Source: Oscillospiraceae bacterium (GTDB taxonomy: Bacteria; Bacillota; Clostridia; Oscillospirales; CAG-272). Taken from it: 64,000 bases of DNA. Shown one piece after another: positions 1 to 8,586 of the stretch. A program made the position numbers and the translations under genes. The stretch is from positions 949 to 64,948 of the forward strand of contig SVTD01000004.1 of assembly GCA_015063955.1 (NCBI GenBank), in the 5' to 3' direction. Position 1 is the first letter of the stretch. Each line of letters starts with the position of its first letter. The notes under the pieces are model-generated. The model saw only the letters and a list, made by a program, of their open reading frames with translations, did no database searches and was not told the DNA's origin.

Positions 1-1
1 C

Positions 2-529
2 AGCCCTGTTATGGAGGAGCTTTTTCGTCTGATTCTCTCGCCCTTTGCCACCTTTTGTGACAGGGGCGGCGATCTTACGGTGGTCTGCGTGGAAAAGGAT
101 CCCCCGAGGATATCGGGAGCCTGCATTTACGTAGGCACGTCACCGAGGGAGCTTTCGGAAATGCAGGTGCTTATGCCCCGTCCCCTTGATCTTCGTGCCT
201 TTGCCAACGAGGCCATCGCCCTTCTTTCCCGCAGGACTGCGACCGCCTCCGGCGGCTGGGGTGCCGACAGCCATCGTCAGGTTGCCATCTTTGAAGACAG
301 GGAGATCACCCTTACGCAGAGAGAGTACCAGCTTTATACTCTCCTTCTTTCCCGCGTGGGAGAATGCGTATCCCGCGAGGAGATGGACTCGGAGCTGTGG
401 AACGGCGAAAGGAGCGGCAACTGTGCCGACGTGTACGTTTGCTACCTCCGGAAAAAGCTTGAAAAAATAGCGGGTCCCGGAGTGCTCATATCAGTCAGAG
501 GTCGCGGCTATATGCTGAAAAAAACGTAA
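2..529 (+). CDS. OmpR/PhoB-type winged-helix response regulator, 5' end cut by the window edge
   Basis: The frame is open to position 2. The C-terminus (REITLTQREYQLYTLLLSRVGECVSREEM...VYVCYLRKKLEK...ISVRGRGYML) is a typical trans_reg_C wHTH. The upstream part looks like the tail of a receiver domain. Confidence 0.75.
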   Translation, partial: SPVMEELFRLILSPFATFCDRGGDLTVVCVEKDPPRISGACIYVGTSPRELSEMQVLMPRPLDLRAFANEAIALLSRRTATASGGWGADSHRQVAIFEDREITLTQREYQLYTLLLSRVGECVSREEMDSELWNGERSGNCADVYVCYLRKKLEKIAGPGVLISVRGRGYMLKKT

Positions 530-551
530 TCAAATTTAAAGGAACATAAAA

Positions 552-1748
552 ATGAGAGAAGTTATACTTTGCAAATACGGAGAAATCATCCTCAAGGGCT
601 CAAACAAGGGCTCCTTTGAGGCCATGCTCTTAAAGGAGCTTAAAAGACGCGCAAAATACGTAGGCGGATTCGATATCCGCTACGCTCAGTCCACGGTCTA
701 TATCGAGCCCCGTGACGAATTTGCAGATATCGACGAGATGTACGAGCAGGCAAAGAAGGTATTCGGCTTTGCCTCCGTTACGAGAGCGGCAGTTTGCGAA
801 AAGACTATCGAGGCTATCTGCGAAACGGCCCGTGAGTATCTTCCCGAAAAGCTTCGCGGCTATAAGACCTTCCGCTGCGAGGCAAAGAGAAGCGATAAAA
901 AGTTCCCCCTGGAGAGCCCCGAGATCGCCGCACAGATCGGCGGAGTTATCCTTGAGGCTATGGGCGGAAATATTAAAGTAAAGCTCAAAAATGCGGATAT
1001 TACGGTACGCATCGAGGTTCGCGACAAGGCGGCGTACGTTCACGCAGGACAGGAGCCCGGCGCCGGCGGAATCCCCCTCGGATGCGGCGGACGGGGTCTG
1101 CTTCTTCTTTCCGGCGGCATCGACAGCCCCGTTGCAGGCTATATGATGGCAAAGCGAGGTCTTTTCATCGATGCTCTCCACTTTGAATCCTTCCCCTACA
1201 CAAGCGAGCGCGCCCGCGAAAAGGTGCTCACTCTTGCAAAGGAGCTTTGCGAATACTGCGGACACATCCGCGTTCATATCATCTCCCTCACGGAGATTCA
1301 GGAGGCTCTGCGCGACAACTGTAACGAGGAGTATTTTACTCTTCTTCTCCGTCGCTGTATGATGGAGCTTTCGAACCGAGTTGCCGCCGAGGGCGAGTAT
1401 CAGTGTCTTATTACGGGTGAGAGCCTCGGTCAGGTAGCGAGCCAGACCATGGGCGCTCTTGCAGTTACCGACTGCGTTGCAGAAATTCCCGTTCTTCGTC
1501 CCTGCATCGGACTTGATAAGGAGGAGATCGTCGTCCGCTCCCGCGAGATCGGCACCTTCGAGACCTCCATCCTCCCCTACGAGGATTGCTGCACGGTATT
1601 TACCCCCCGTCACCCCAAGACCCGCCCCGAAATGGAGAAGGTTCTTGCAGAGGAAGAAAAGTTCCCCCGCGCCGAGCTTATCGAAAAGGCGTGGGAAAGC
1701 AGATACGCAGTATCAGTGAGGCAGTTTGACAATGAATTCAGATATTGA
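552..1748 (+). CDS. thiI: tRNA 4-thiouridine synthase / sulfurtransferase ThiI (no rhodanese domain)
   Basis: N-terminal ferredoxin-like/THUMP region (ILCKYGEIILKG) and PP-loop LLLLSGGIDSPVAGYMMAKRG. AGGA RBS lies before the ATG. Confidence 0.9.
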   Translation: MREVILCKYGEIILKGSNKGSFEAMLLKELKRRAKYVGGFDIRYAQSTVYIEPRDEFADIDEMYEQAKKVFGFASVTRAAVCEKTIEAICETAREYLPEKLRGYKTFRCEAKRSDKKFPLESPEIAAQIGGVILEAMGGNIKVKLKNADITVRIEVRDKAAYVHAGQEPGAGGIPLGCGGRGLLLLSGGIDSPVAGYMMAKRGLFIDALHFESFPYTSERAREKVLTLAKELCEYCGHIRVHIISLTEIQEALRDNCNEEYFTLLLRRCMMELSNRVAAEGEYQCLITGESLGQVASQTMGALAVTDCVAEIPVLRPCIGLDKEEIVVRSREIGTFETSILPYEDCCTVFTPRHPKTRPEMEKVLAEEEKFPRAELIEKAWESRYAVSVRQFDNEFRY

Positions 1749-2160
1749 GAGACTTAAAGAGGCACGCATTGCTCTGACGGGAGCTGTGCGATGCGCAGTA
1801 TATAACGAGGCGGGGCTTGCAACCTCAACTGAAAGAGGAATCCGCCCTATGATACTCTGGCTTGAGGAGGATCCCGAGTTCCTTCGCGGTGCATCCGTTG
1901 CCGACAAGATCGTTGGCCGCGCCGCCGCAATGATCATGGTTTACGGAGGGGTTCGCGAGGTATACGCCTCCGTGGTTTCAAACGGAGCCATTGAGGTGTT
2001 CCGTGAGGCAGGCATTGCCTGCACCTACTCCATGAGTGCCATCGCCATTTCCAACCGTCGCGGCGACGGTATCTGTCCTATGGAGCGGCTGGTTGCCCCC
2101 ATAAAGGACCCTAAGTCAGCATACGAAGCACTGAGAAATAAAGTATTAATAACAGAGTGA
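1726..2160 (+). CDS. DUF1893 (TM1506-like) protein
   Basis: VYNEAGLATSTERGIRPMILWLEE...ADKIVGRAAAMIMVYGGVREVYASVVS...GICPMERLV resembles the DUF1893 family. It overlaps the thiI 3' end by 23 nt, and its stop overlaps the next ORF. Confidence 0.7.
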   Translation: MTMNSDIERLKEARIALTGAVRCAVYNEAGLATSTERGIRPMILWLEEDPEFLRGASVADKIVGRAAAMIMVYGGVREVYASVVSNGAIEVFREAGIACTYSMSAIAISNRRGDGICPMERLVAPIKDPKSAYEALRNKVLITE

Positions 2161-2168
2161 GGTATTTT

Positions 2169-4496
2169 ATGTTTACAAATGACGATCACAGAATAGTTTA
2201 CGACCGCGGCGAGGGCGAAAACCGCAACTGGATCCTTTCAGAGGATCAGCTTTCCGTACAGCGCCTCGCAAAGTGCGAGTCTATCATGTGCCAGGGTAAC
2301 GGCTATATGTGTATGAGAGGCGGACTTTTTGAGGCTCCCTCCGAGGACGTAGGCCCCGTTACTATGATCGCAGGAACCTTCAACCATCACGAGGGTGACG
2401 GCTGCATGATGCTTATCAACTCCGCAAACCCTCTTTCCGTCGTTGCAACCGTAAACGGCGAGAGAATGGGCTACGATAATATCGACTACACCACCCACAC
2501 CCGCTCCCTTAATCTCAGAAACGGTCTTCTTGAAAGAAGAACCGAGTGGAAGGGCAAGGACGGCGCAAAATATCTCTGCGAGGAAAAGCGCCTCGTCTCC
2601 CTCAAGGACCGCCACCTTGCAGCTCAGAAGGTAAAGATCACTGCCGTTTCAGACGACTGCGAGATCACCCTCAAGGCAGGCATCAACGCTTCCGACGAGC
2701 TTATCCGCATAAATCAGCACTTAGTTCCCGCCGGCAGCGAGGCCTTCGGCGGTATCGTTGCCGTTAACACCCGTACAGACCAGTCAAATATCCGTATCGC
2801 AACGGCTGCAAGCCTTAAATTCTCAAAGTGCGCCGGAGAGGAAAAGACAGAGCTCTCCGACGTTACCTATACGAAGGACGACCTTACAGCATACGGCTCC
2901 GTGACCGTCAGCCTGAAAAAGGGTGAGAGCATTACCGTAAGCAAAAAGATCGCTGTATTTACAAGCCGCGACCAGGGCCGTGATTCCTTTACCTCAGATC
3001 AGCTCTTCTCCCTTGCATACGAAAAGGTAGTATGCGAAAGAGCACGCTGCATCTGCCAGGTCACCGCTGACAGCGAAAACGAATGGATCGAGCGTATCTG
3101 GAACAACCGCGACGTTATCATCGAGGGTGCAGACCGCGATCAGCTTGCTCTCAGATTTGCAATCTATCATCTCACCGCAATGTCCCCCGTTCACGATAAC
3201 AGAATGAACATTGCCGCAAAGGGTCTCTCCGGCCCCGGATACTACGGCCACACCTTCTGGGACACTGAGATCTATATGCTCCCCTACTTTATCTTCGCTG
3301 CTCCCAAGGAGGCAAGAAGCCTTCTTGAGTATCGCTATAACTGCCTTGACGCCTGCCGCGATCACGCTCACAACACGGGCTTTGACGGCGCCCGCTTCCC
3401 CTGGGAGGCTGCCTGGATCACCGACGGCGAGGCTACTCCCGTTATCTACAACACGGGCGACTACGAGATACATATCACAGCAGACGTAGCCTTCGGCGTT
3501 CACTACTACAATATGGTAACGGGCGATGAGGACTTTATGGAAAAGTGCGGCTACGAGCTTCTTCTCGACTGCGCAAAGTTCTGGCCCTCCAGAGTTTCCT
3601 ATAACGCAGAAAAGGATCAGTACGACATCCTCAACGTTATCGGCGCGAACGAGTATAAGGAAAACGTTGACAACAACGCCTATACAAACTATATGGTCCA
3701 CCAGAACATCCGGCTGGCAGTTGAGTACTGCGATATGCTCAAGGCAGAAAAGCCCGAGACCTATCAGCGCTTAAACGAGCTTCTGGATTTGGAAACTGCT
3801 TACGATAAGTGGACTCTCCTTCTGGAAAAGCTCTACCTCCCAACGGAAAACGAGGACGGTATCATCCCCGAGGACGATACGTTCCTCTCTCTCCCCAAGG
3901 TAACAAGGGACGGTATCTCAGCCTCCCTTGACCCCACCATCCGCGATAGGATCAATGAGCTTGGCGGTTTCCTCAAGGTAATGATCGGTAAGCAGGCTGA
4001 CGTCGTTGCCCTTCTTTATATGATGGAGGATCTCTTCAAGCCTGAAACAAAGGTGAAGAACTTCTATTTCTACGAGGAGTGCTGCATCCACGACTCAAGC
4101 CTTTCTCTCTCCACCTTCTCCGCCCTCGCCGCAGACCTCGGCGAAGCGAAGATGGCGTACGACCTCTTCGAGAGAGCGACTCTCATCGATATGGGTAACG
4201 TAATGTGGTCCTCAAACGAGGGTATGCACGCGGCGTCCCTCGGCGGAATGTGGCAGTGCGCGGTTCTCGGCTTCGGCGGCGTTCGCCGCTACGGCAAGGA
4301 GCTCCGAATCGATCCCAACCTCCCCGAGGCGTGGAAGAGCCTTTCCTTCGTTATCAAGTGGCACGGTCAGCGCCTTGAGATCTACGTAGATCACGAATCT
4401 CTCTCAGTTGTAAACGCAACGGGCACCGCCGACGTTCAGTTCCTCCATAAGGGACAGCTCTGCTCCGTAGGCGAGGGAATTACGATCAAGCTTTAA
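2169..4496 (+). CDS. Glycoside hydrolase family 65 alpha-glucoside phosphorylase (maltose/kojibiose/nigerose phosphorylase type)
   Basis: GH65 catalytic core: GYYGHTFWDTEIYMLPYFIFAAPKEARSLLEYRY, ARFPWEAAWITDGEATP. The ATG at 2169 has a TGAGG RBS. An alternative GTG at 2157 overlaps the upstream stop. Confidence 0.9.
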   Translation: MFTNDDHRIVYDRGEGENRNWILSEDQLSVQRLAKCESIMCQGNGYMCMRGGLFEAPSEDVGPVTMIAGTFNHHEGDGCMMLINSANPLSVVATVNGERMGYDNIDYTTHTRSLNLRNGLLERRTEWKGKDGAKYLCEEKRLVSLKDRHLAAQKVKITAVSDDCEITLKAGINASDELIRINQHLVPAGSEAFGGIVAVNTRTDQSNIRIATAASLKFSKCAGEEKTELSDVTYTKDDLTAYGSVTVSLKKGESITVSKKIAVFTSRDQGRDSFTSDQLFSLAYEKVVCERARCICQVTADSENEWIERIWNNRDVIIEGADRDQLALRFAIYHLTAMSPVHDNRMNIAAKGLSGPGYYGHTFWDTEIYMLPYFIFAAPKEARSLLEYRYNCLDACRDHAHNTGFDGARFPWEAAWITDGEATPVIYNTGDYEIHITADVAFGVHYYNMVTGDEDFMEKCGYELLLDCAKFWPSRVSYNAEKDQYDILNVIGANEYKENVDNNAYTNYMVHQNIRLAVEYCDMLKAEKPETYQRLNELLDLETAYDKWTLLLEKLYLPTENEDGIIPEDDTFLSLPKVTRDGISASLDPTIRDRINELGGFLKVMIGKQADVVALLYMMEDLFKPETKVKNFYFYEECCIHDSSLSLSTFSALAADLGEAKMAYDLFERATLIDMGNVMWSSNEGMHAASLGGMWQCAVLGFGGVRRYGKELRIDPNLPEAWKSLSFVIKWHGQRLEIYVDHESLSVVNATGTADVQFLHKGQLCSVGEGITIKL

Positions 4497-4504
4497 GGAT
4501 AGGA

Positions 4505-4560
4505 TGCAAAGGACTTTTTTGAAAAAAAGTCCTCTGCACTCCCAAAAAACTTTAAAAAGG
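4505..4560 (+). repeat. Structured intergenic repeat, copy A (long A/T-cored hairpin plus CTGCACTCnCAAAAAACTTTAAAAAGG tail)
   Basis: Near-identical to 12446-12502. The hairpin is TGCAAAGGACTTTTTT-G-AAAAAAAGTCCTCTGCA. Confidence 0.55.
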
Positions 4561-4569
4561 ATATGAATT

Positions 4570-5220
4570 ATGAAAACAAAAGCTATAATTTTTGACCTTG
4601 ACGGTGTTATTACCGATTCTGCGAAATACCATTTCGAGGCTTGGAAGGAGCTGGCTGACCGTCTCGGCTATAAGTTCGACGAGGACGATAACGAGCGCCT
4701 CAAGGGCGTTTCCAGAATGGACTCCCTCAATATCATTCTCGAGATCAATAACGCTCTCGACGCCTTCACCCTCGAGGAAAAGGAGGCTATGTGCACCGAG
4801 AAGAACGATAACTACGTAAAGCTTATCTCCAAGGTCACCCCCGAGGATATCCTTCCCGGAATCGCAAAGTTCATGGCTGATGCAAAGGCCGCGGGACTCC
4901 GTCTTGCAGTTGCATCCGTTTCCAAAAACGCTCCCGCCCTTCTTACATCTCTCGGCATTATCGATGAGTTTGACTACATCGCAGATGCAAGAAAGATCTC
5001 AAAATCAAAGCCCGATCCCGAGATATTCACGGTATGTGCCGAGTCCCTAGGCATCGAGCCCGAATACTGCGTGGGCGTTGAGGATTCTCAGGCAGGAATC
5101 GAAGCCATCCACGCCGCAGGCATGAAGTCCATCGGCATCAACGTTACCGTGACGAGCATTGCTCCCGACCTTCCCCTCGGCTCTACCGCAGAGCTTGATT
5201 TTGCAGCTATGGTAGACTGA
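4570..5220 (+). CDS. pgmB: Beta-phosphoglucomutase (HAD family)
   Basis: IIFDLDGVITDSAKYHFEAWKELA...RLKGVSRMDSL...KPDPEIF...VEDSQAGIEAI. Its position directly after a GH65 phosphorylase is the classic pairing. Confidence 0.9.
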   Translation: MKTKAIIFDLDGVITDSAKYHFEAWKELADRLGYKFDEDDNERLKGVSRMDSLNIILEINNALDAFTLEEKEAMCTEKNDNYVKLISKVTPEDILPGIAKFMADAKAAGLRLAVASVSKNAPALLTSLGIIDEFDYIADARKISKSKPDPEIFTVCAESLGIEPEYCVGVEDSQAGIEAIHAAGMKSIGINVTVTSIAPDLPLGSTAELDFAAMVD

Positions 5221-5284
5221 GAAAACAGTCAGTCGAAAAAGGCGCAGAACAAAAGACAGCTCAAGATGAAGATCAAATAAAGTA

Positions 5285-5319
5285 GAAATCCGCCGATCCT
5301 TCGGCGGATTTCTCAATTT
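5285..5319 (+). terminator. Rho-independent terminator after pgmB
   Basis: GAAATCCGCCG-atcctt-CGGCGGATTTC followed by TCAATTTG. Confidence 0.75.
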
Positions 5320-5376
5320 GTGCGGCTTTTAAGTATCCGGTTTTATAATGGGTTGAAATAAAGATTCTGAAAGACC

Positions 5377-5405
5377 TTGACTGGAGAATTTAAATATAAT
5401 ATAAT
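5377..5405 (+). promoter_or_regulatory. Sigma-A-type promoter of trpS
   Basis: TTGACT (5377-5382), 17-nt spacer, TATAAT (5400-5405). Confidence 0.6.
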
Positions 5406-5441
5406 AATGTGAGAATTAGTTTTTCCATCAGAGGTAACACA

Positions 5442-6452
5442 ATGTATAAGGATAAAAAAGTTGTATTTTCCGGAATCCAGCCCTCCGGACAGCTTACTAT
5501 AGGCAACTATCTCGGCGCTCTCAAGAACTTCAAGGAGTTTTCCGAGGAATACCGTTGCTACTACTGCGTAGTTGACGAGCACGCTATCACGGTCCGCCAG
5601 AATCCTGCGGAGCTTCGCCGCAGAACATACGAAACTCTCGCTCTCTACATCGCCGCAGGTCTTGACCCCGAAAAGAACGTTCTTTTCGTACAGAGCCACG
5701 TTCCCGGCCACGCAGAGCTTGGCTGGATACTTGACTGCTACACCATGTTCGGTGAGCTTTCCAGAATGACTCAGTTCAAGGACAAGAGCCGCAAGAATGC
5801 TGACAATATCAACGCAGGTCTCTTCACCTATCCCGCTCTTATGGCGGCGGATATCCTTCTCTACCAGACGGAGATGGTTCCCGTAGGCCACGACCAGAAG
5901 CAGCATCTTGAGCTTGCACGCGACGTTGCGGAGAGATTCAATCAGATCTACGGCGACACCTTCATCGTACCCGAGCCCTTTATCAACAAGACCCCTGCGG
6001 CACGTATCATGAGCCTTGCAGAGCCTACGAAGAAGATGTCCAAGTCCGATGAAAACGAGAACGCTACAGTCCGTATTCTTGACGAGCGCGACGTTATCAT
6101 CAAAAAATTCAAGAGAGCCGTTACAGACTCCGAAACAGAGATCTGCGCTCGCGAGGGTAAGGACGGCATCATCAATCTTATGTCCATCTACGGCGCATTC
6201 ACAGGCAAGACCTTCGAGGAGATCGAAAGGGAGTTTGCAGGACGCGGCTACGGCGACTTCAAGCTTGCGGTAGGCGAGGCCTGCGCAGATGCTCTCGCTC
6301 CCGTTCAGGCTGAGTTCAAGCGACTCATGCAGGACAAGAAGTACCTTGAGGAGATAATGCTCAAGGGCGCTATGGAAGCTCATCACGACTCCCTCAGAAC
6401 AATGTCCAAGGTCCGCCGCAAGATCGGCTTTACGGAAAAGCCCCGATTTTGA
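5442..6452 (+). CDS. trpS: Tryptophan--tRNA ligase
   Basis: Class I aaRS with SGIQPSGQLTIGNYLGA (HIGH-like region) and KMSKS. The ATG at 5442 has a GAGGT RBS 6 nt upstream. The ORF-track GTG at 5409 is probably too far upstream. Confidence 0.95.
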   Translation: MYKDKKVVFSGIQPSGQLTIGNYLGALKNFKEFSEEYRCYYCVVDEHAITVRQNPAELRRRTYETLALYIAAGLDPEKNVLFVQSHVPGHAELGWILDCYTMFGELSRMTQFKDKSRKNADNINAGLFTYPALMAADILLYQTEMVPVGHDQKQHLELARDVAERFNQIYGDTFIVPEPFINKTPAARIMSLAEPTKKMSKSDENENATVRILDERDVIIKKFKRAVTDSETEICAREGKDGIINLMSIYGAFTGKTFEEIEREFAGRGYGDFKLAVGEACADALAPVQAEFKRLMQDKKYLEEIMLKGAMEAHHDSLRTMSKVRRKIGFTEKPRF

Positions 6453-6453
6453 G

Positions 6454-6684
6454 ATGGAAAAGAAAACGGCGGTCATTGACCGCATAGAGGAAGGCATCGC
6501 AACCCTTATCCCCGATGACGGATCGGCACCCTTTGAAACTACTCTTCCCGAAGGATTTTTCGAGGGACAGACTGTAGTGATCACAGATGACGGCATCCGT
6601 GGGGCAGAGGAGTGGGAAAAGCCCCAAAGAAACAATAAAGACAGATTAAGAAACCTTTTCAATAAATCAAAAAGGAGCAATTGA
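6454..6684 (+). CDS. DUF3006-like small protein
   Basis: AVIDRIEEGIATLIPDDG...LPEGFFEGQTVVI is a pattern typical of DUF3006. The start is 1 nt after the trpS stop. Confidence 0.55.
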   Translation: MEKKTAVIDRIEEGIATLIPDDGSAPFETTLPEGFFEGQTVVITDDGIRGAEEWEKPQRNNKDRLRNLFNKSKRSN

Positions 6685-6688
6685 CAGT

Positions 6689-7963
6689 ATGAAAACAAGA
6701 GCAGTCAGACTTTACGGAGTTAACGACCTCAGAACAGAGGAGTTCGAGCTTCCCGCAATAAAGGAGTCAGAAATTCTCGCCCGCGTTATTTCCGACAGTA
6801 TTTGTATGTCCTCCCACAAGGCGGCTCTCCAGGGCGCCGCTCACAAGAGAGTTCCCGACGACGTAGCAGAAAACCCCATCATTCTCGGCCACGAGTTCTG
6901 CGGTGAGATCGTTGAGGTTGGCGCAAAGTGGCAGGATCAGTTTAAGGCAGGAGATAAGTTCTCCATTCAGCCCGCTATCAACTACAAGGGCAGCCTTGCA
7001 GCTCCCGGTTATTCCTATCACGATATCGGCGGCGGCGCAACCTACGTTATTATCCCCAACGAGGTTATGGAGCTTGGATGCCTCCTTCCCTACGGCGGCG
7101 ATGCCTTCTATCTCGGAAGCCTTTCCGAGGCTATGAGCTGCATCGTTGGCGGCTTCCACGCAAACTATCACACGACCCCCGGCTCTTACGAGCATAAGAT
7201 GGGAACCGTTGAGGGTGGCTGCATGGCTATCCTTGCGGGAGCCGGCCCCATGGGTCTCGGCGCCATCGACTACGCTATCCACGGCGGACGCGCTCCCCGT
7301 CTTCTCGTAGTTACAGACGTTGACGCAGCCCGTCTTGAGAGAGCTGCATCCCTCATCACAGTTGAGGATGCTGCGGCTCACGGCGTTGAGCTTATCTACG
7401 TAAACACAGCTCTCGAGGGCAACACCACAGAGTATCTCAAGAGCCTTACCGGCGATAACGACGGCTACGACGACGTATTCGTATTTGCTCCCGTTAAGCC
7501 CGTTGTTGAGCAGGGCGATGCCCTCCTCGGACGTGACGGATGCCTCAACTTCTTTGCAGGCCCCACAAACCCCGAGTTCTCCGCAATGTTCAACTTCTAT
7601 AACGTTCACTACGCCTCCACTCATATCGTAGGCACGTCCGGCGGTAACACAGAGGATATGAAGGAGTCCCTCCGTCTTATGGAAGAGGGCAAGATCGCGC
7701 CCTCCTGCATGATCACCCACATCGGCGGTCTTAATGCAGACGCTGAGACTACTCTGAACCTCCCCAAAATCCCCGGCGGAAAGAAGCTTATCTATACTCA
7801 CATCGACCTTCCCCTTACAGCTATCGCAGATTTCCGCTCCGAGGCTGAAAAGGGCGGCGAGAATGCTGAGCTCTTTAGCGACCTTGCAGACATCTGCGAG
7901 AGAAACAACGGTCTCTGGTGCCCTGAGGCTGAGAAGAGAGTTCTCCGCGACGTTAAGTTCTGA
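6689..7963 (+). CDS. Zinc-dependent medium-chain dehydrogenase (sorbose-1-phosphate reductase / sugar-alcohol dehydrogenase-like)
   Basis: GroES-like N-terminus with SDSICMSSHK and ILGHEFCGEIVEVG, and a Rossmann segment ILAGAGPMGLGAIDYA. Confidence 0.85.
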   Translation: MKTRAVRLYGVNDLRTEEFELPAIKESEILARVISDSICMSSHKAALQGAAHKRVPDDVAENPIILGHEFCGEIVEVGAKWQDQFKAGDKFSIQPAINYKGSLAAPGYSYHDIGGGATYVIIPNEVMELGCLLPYGGDAFYLGSLSEAMSCIVGGFHANYHTTPGSYEHKMGTVEGGCMAILAGAGPMGLGAIDYAIHGGRAPRLLVVTDVDAARLERAASLITVEDAAAHGVELIYVNTALEGNTTEYLKSLTGDNDGYDDVFVFAPVKPVVEQGDALLGRDGCLNFFAGPTNPEFSAMFNFYNVHYASTHIVGTSGGNTEDMKESLRLMEEGKIAPSCMITHIGGLNADAETTLNLPKIPGGKKLIYTHIDLPLTAIADFRSEAEKGGENAELFSDLADICERNNGLWCPEAEKRVLRDVKF

Positions 7964-7970
7964 TAAATCC

Positions 7971-8008
7971 TATCGGGAGGGCGATGCCCTCCCGATAAAT
8001 TTATATTT
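7971..8008 (+). terminator. Rho-independent terminator
   Basis: TATCGGGAGGGC-gat-GCCCTCCCGATA followed by an A/T-rich tract. Confidence 0.7.
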
Positions 8009-8106
8009 ATTATTTATTATATATTATTTATTCTTTATTCTTTAACAGACCCTAACCGCTTTTTAAAGAATAGAGAATAAAGAATAAAGAAGAAAGAATA
8101 AATGCT

Positions 8107-8586
8107 ATGGAAAATATAAACAGAATCACAAGCTTTAACGTGGACCACGATTTTATCGTGCCCGGTATGTACGTTTCCCGTATCGACGGGGATATCACCA
8201 CCTACGATCTCAGAACGAGAAAGCCCAACGCCGACGATTTTATGGACAGCACCACAATGCACTCCGTAGAGCATATGCTTGCAACCTTTGCAAGAAACTC
8301 CGACCTTTCCGATAAGGTCATCTACTTCGGACCCATGGGCTGCCGCACAGGCTTCTATCTTCTTATGAGAGATACAACGAACGATGAGGCGTATCAGCTC
8401 GTTAAGGACATCCTCAAAAAGACCGTAGATCACGAGGGCGAGATGTTCGGAGCGGCTCGCAAGGAATGCGGAAACTATAAGGAGCTCTCCCTCGAGGCGG
8501 CAAAGGCTGAGTGCGAGCGCTACCTTGAGGCTCTTCTTGAGCGCGAAAAACTTGGAAAGGCAGATTTTATCTACGATGCAGAATAA
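8107..8586 (+). CDS. luxS: S-ribosylhomocysteine lyase (AI-2 synthase)
   Basis: SFNVDHDFIVPGMYVSRID, metal-site motif HSVEHMLATFARN, GPMGCRTGFYLL. Confidence 0.95.
   Translation: MENINRITSFNVDHDFIVPGMYVSRIDGDITTYDLRTRKPNADDFMDSTTMHSVEHMLATFARNSDLSDKVIYFGPMGCRTGFYLLMRDTTNDEAYQLVKDILKKTVDHEGEMFGAARKECGNYKELSLEAAKAECERYLEALLEREKLGKADFIYDAE

Noticed and set aside
5221-5441. Possible T-box leader upstream of trpS
   Set aside because: The spacer contains the pgmB terminator and then a good promoter only about 37 nt upstream of the ATG. There is no specifier-loop or T-box (AGGGTGGNACCGCG-like) sequence, and no room for one.
5343-6698. 451-aa ORF on the minus strand, antisense to trpS. Similar very long antisense ORFs occur at 9532-11019, 19859-20908, 22520-23620, 30946-32142, 35443-36849, 38480-39877 and 62182-63468.
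   Set aside because: Each lies exactly opposite a gene with unmistakable conserved motifs. Their translations are low-complexity and have no recognisable domains. The core genes strongly avoid TTA, CTA and TCA codons (GC3-rich usage), which removes stop codons from one antisense frame and produces such shadow ORFs.
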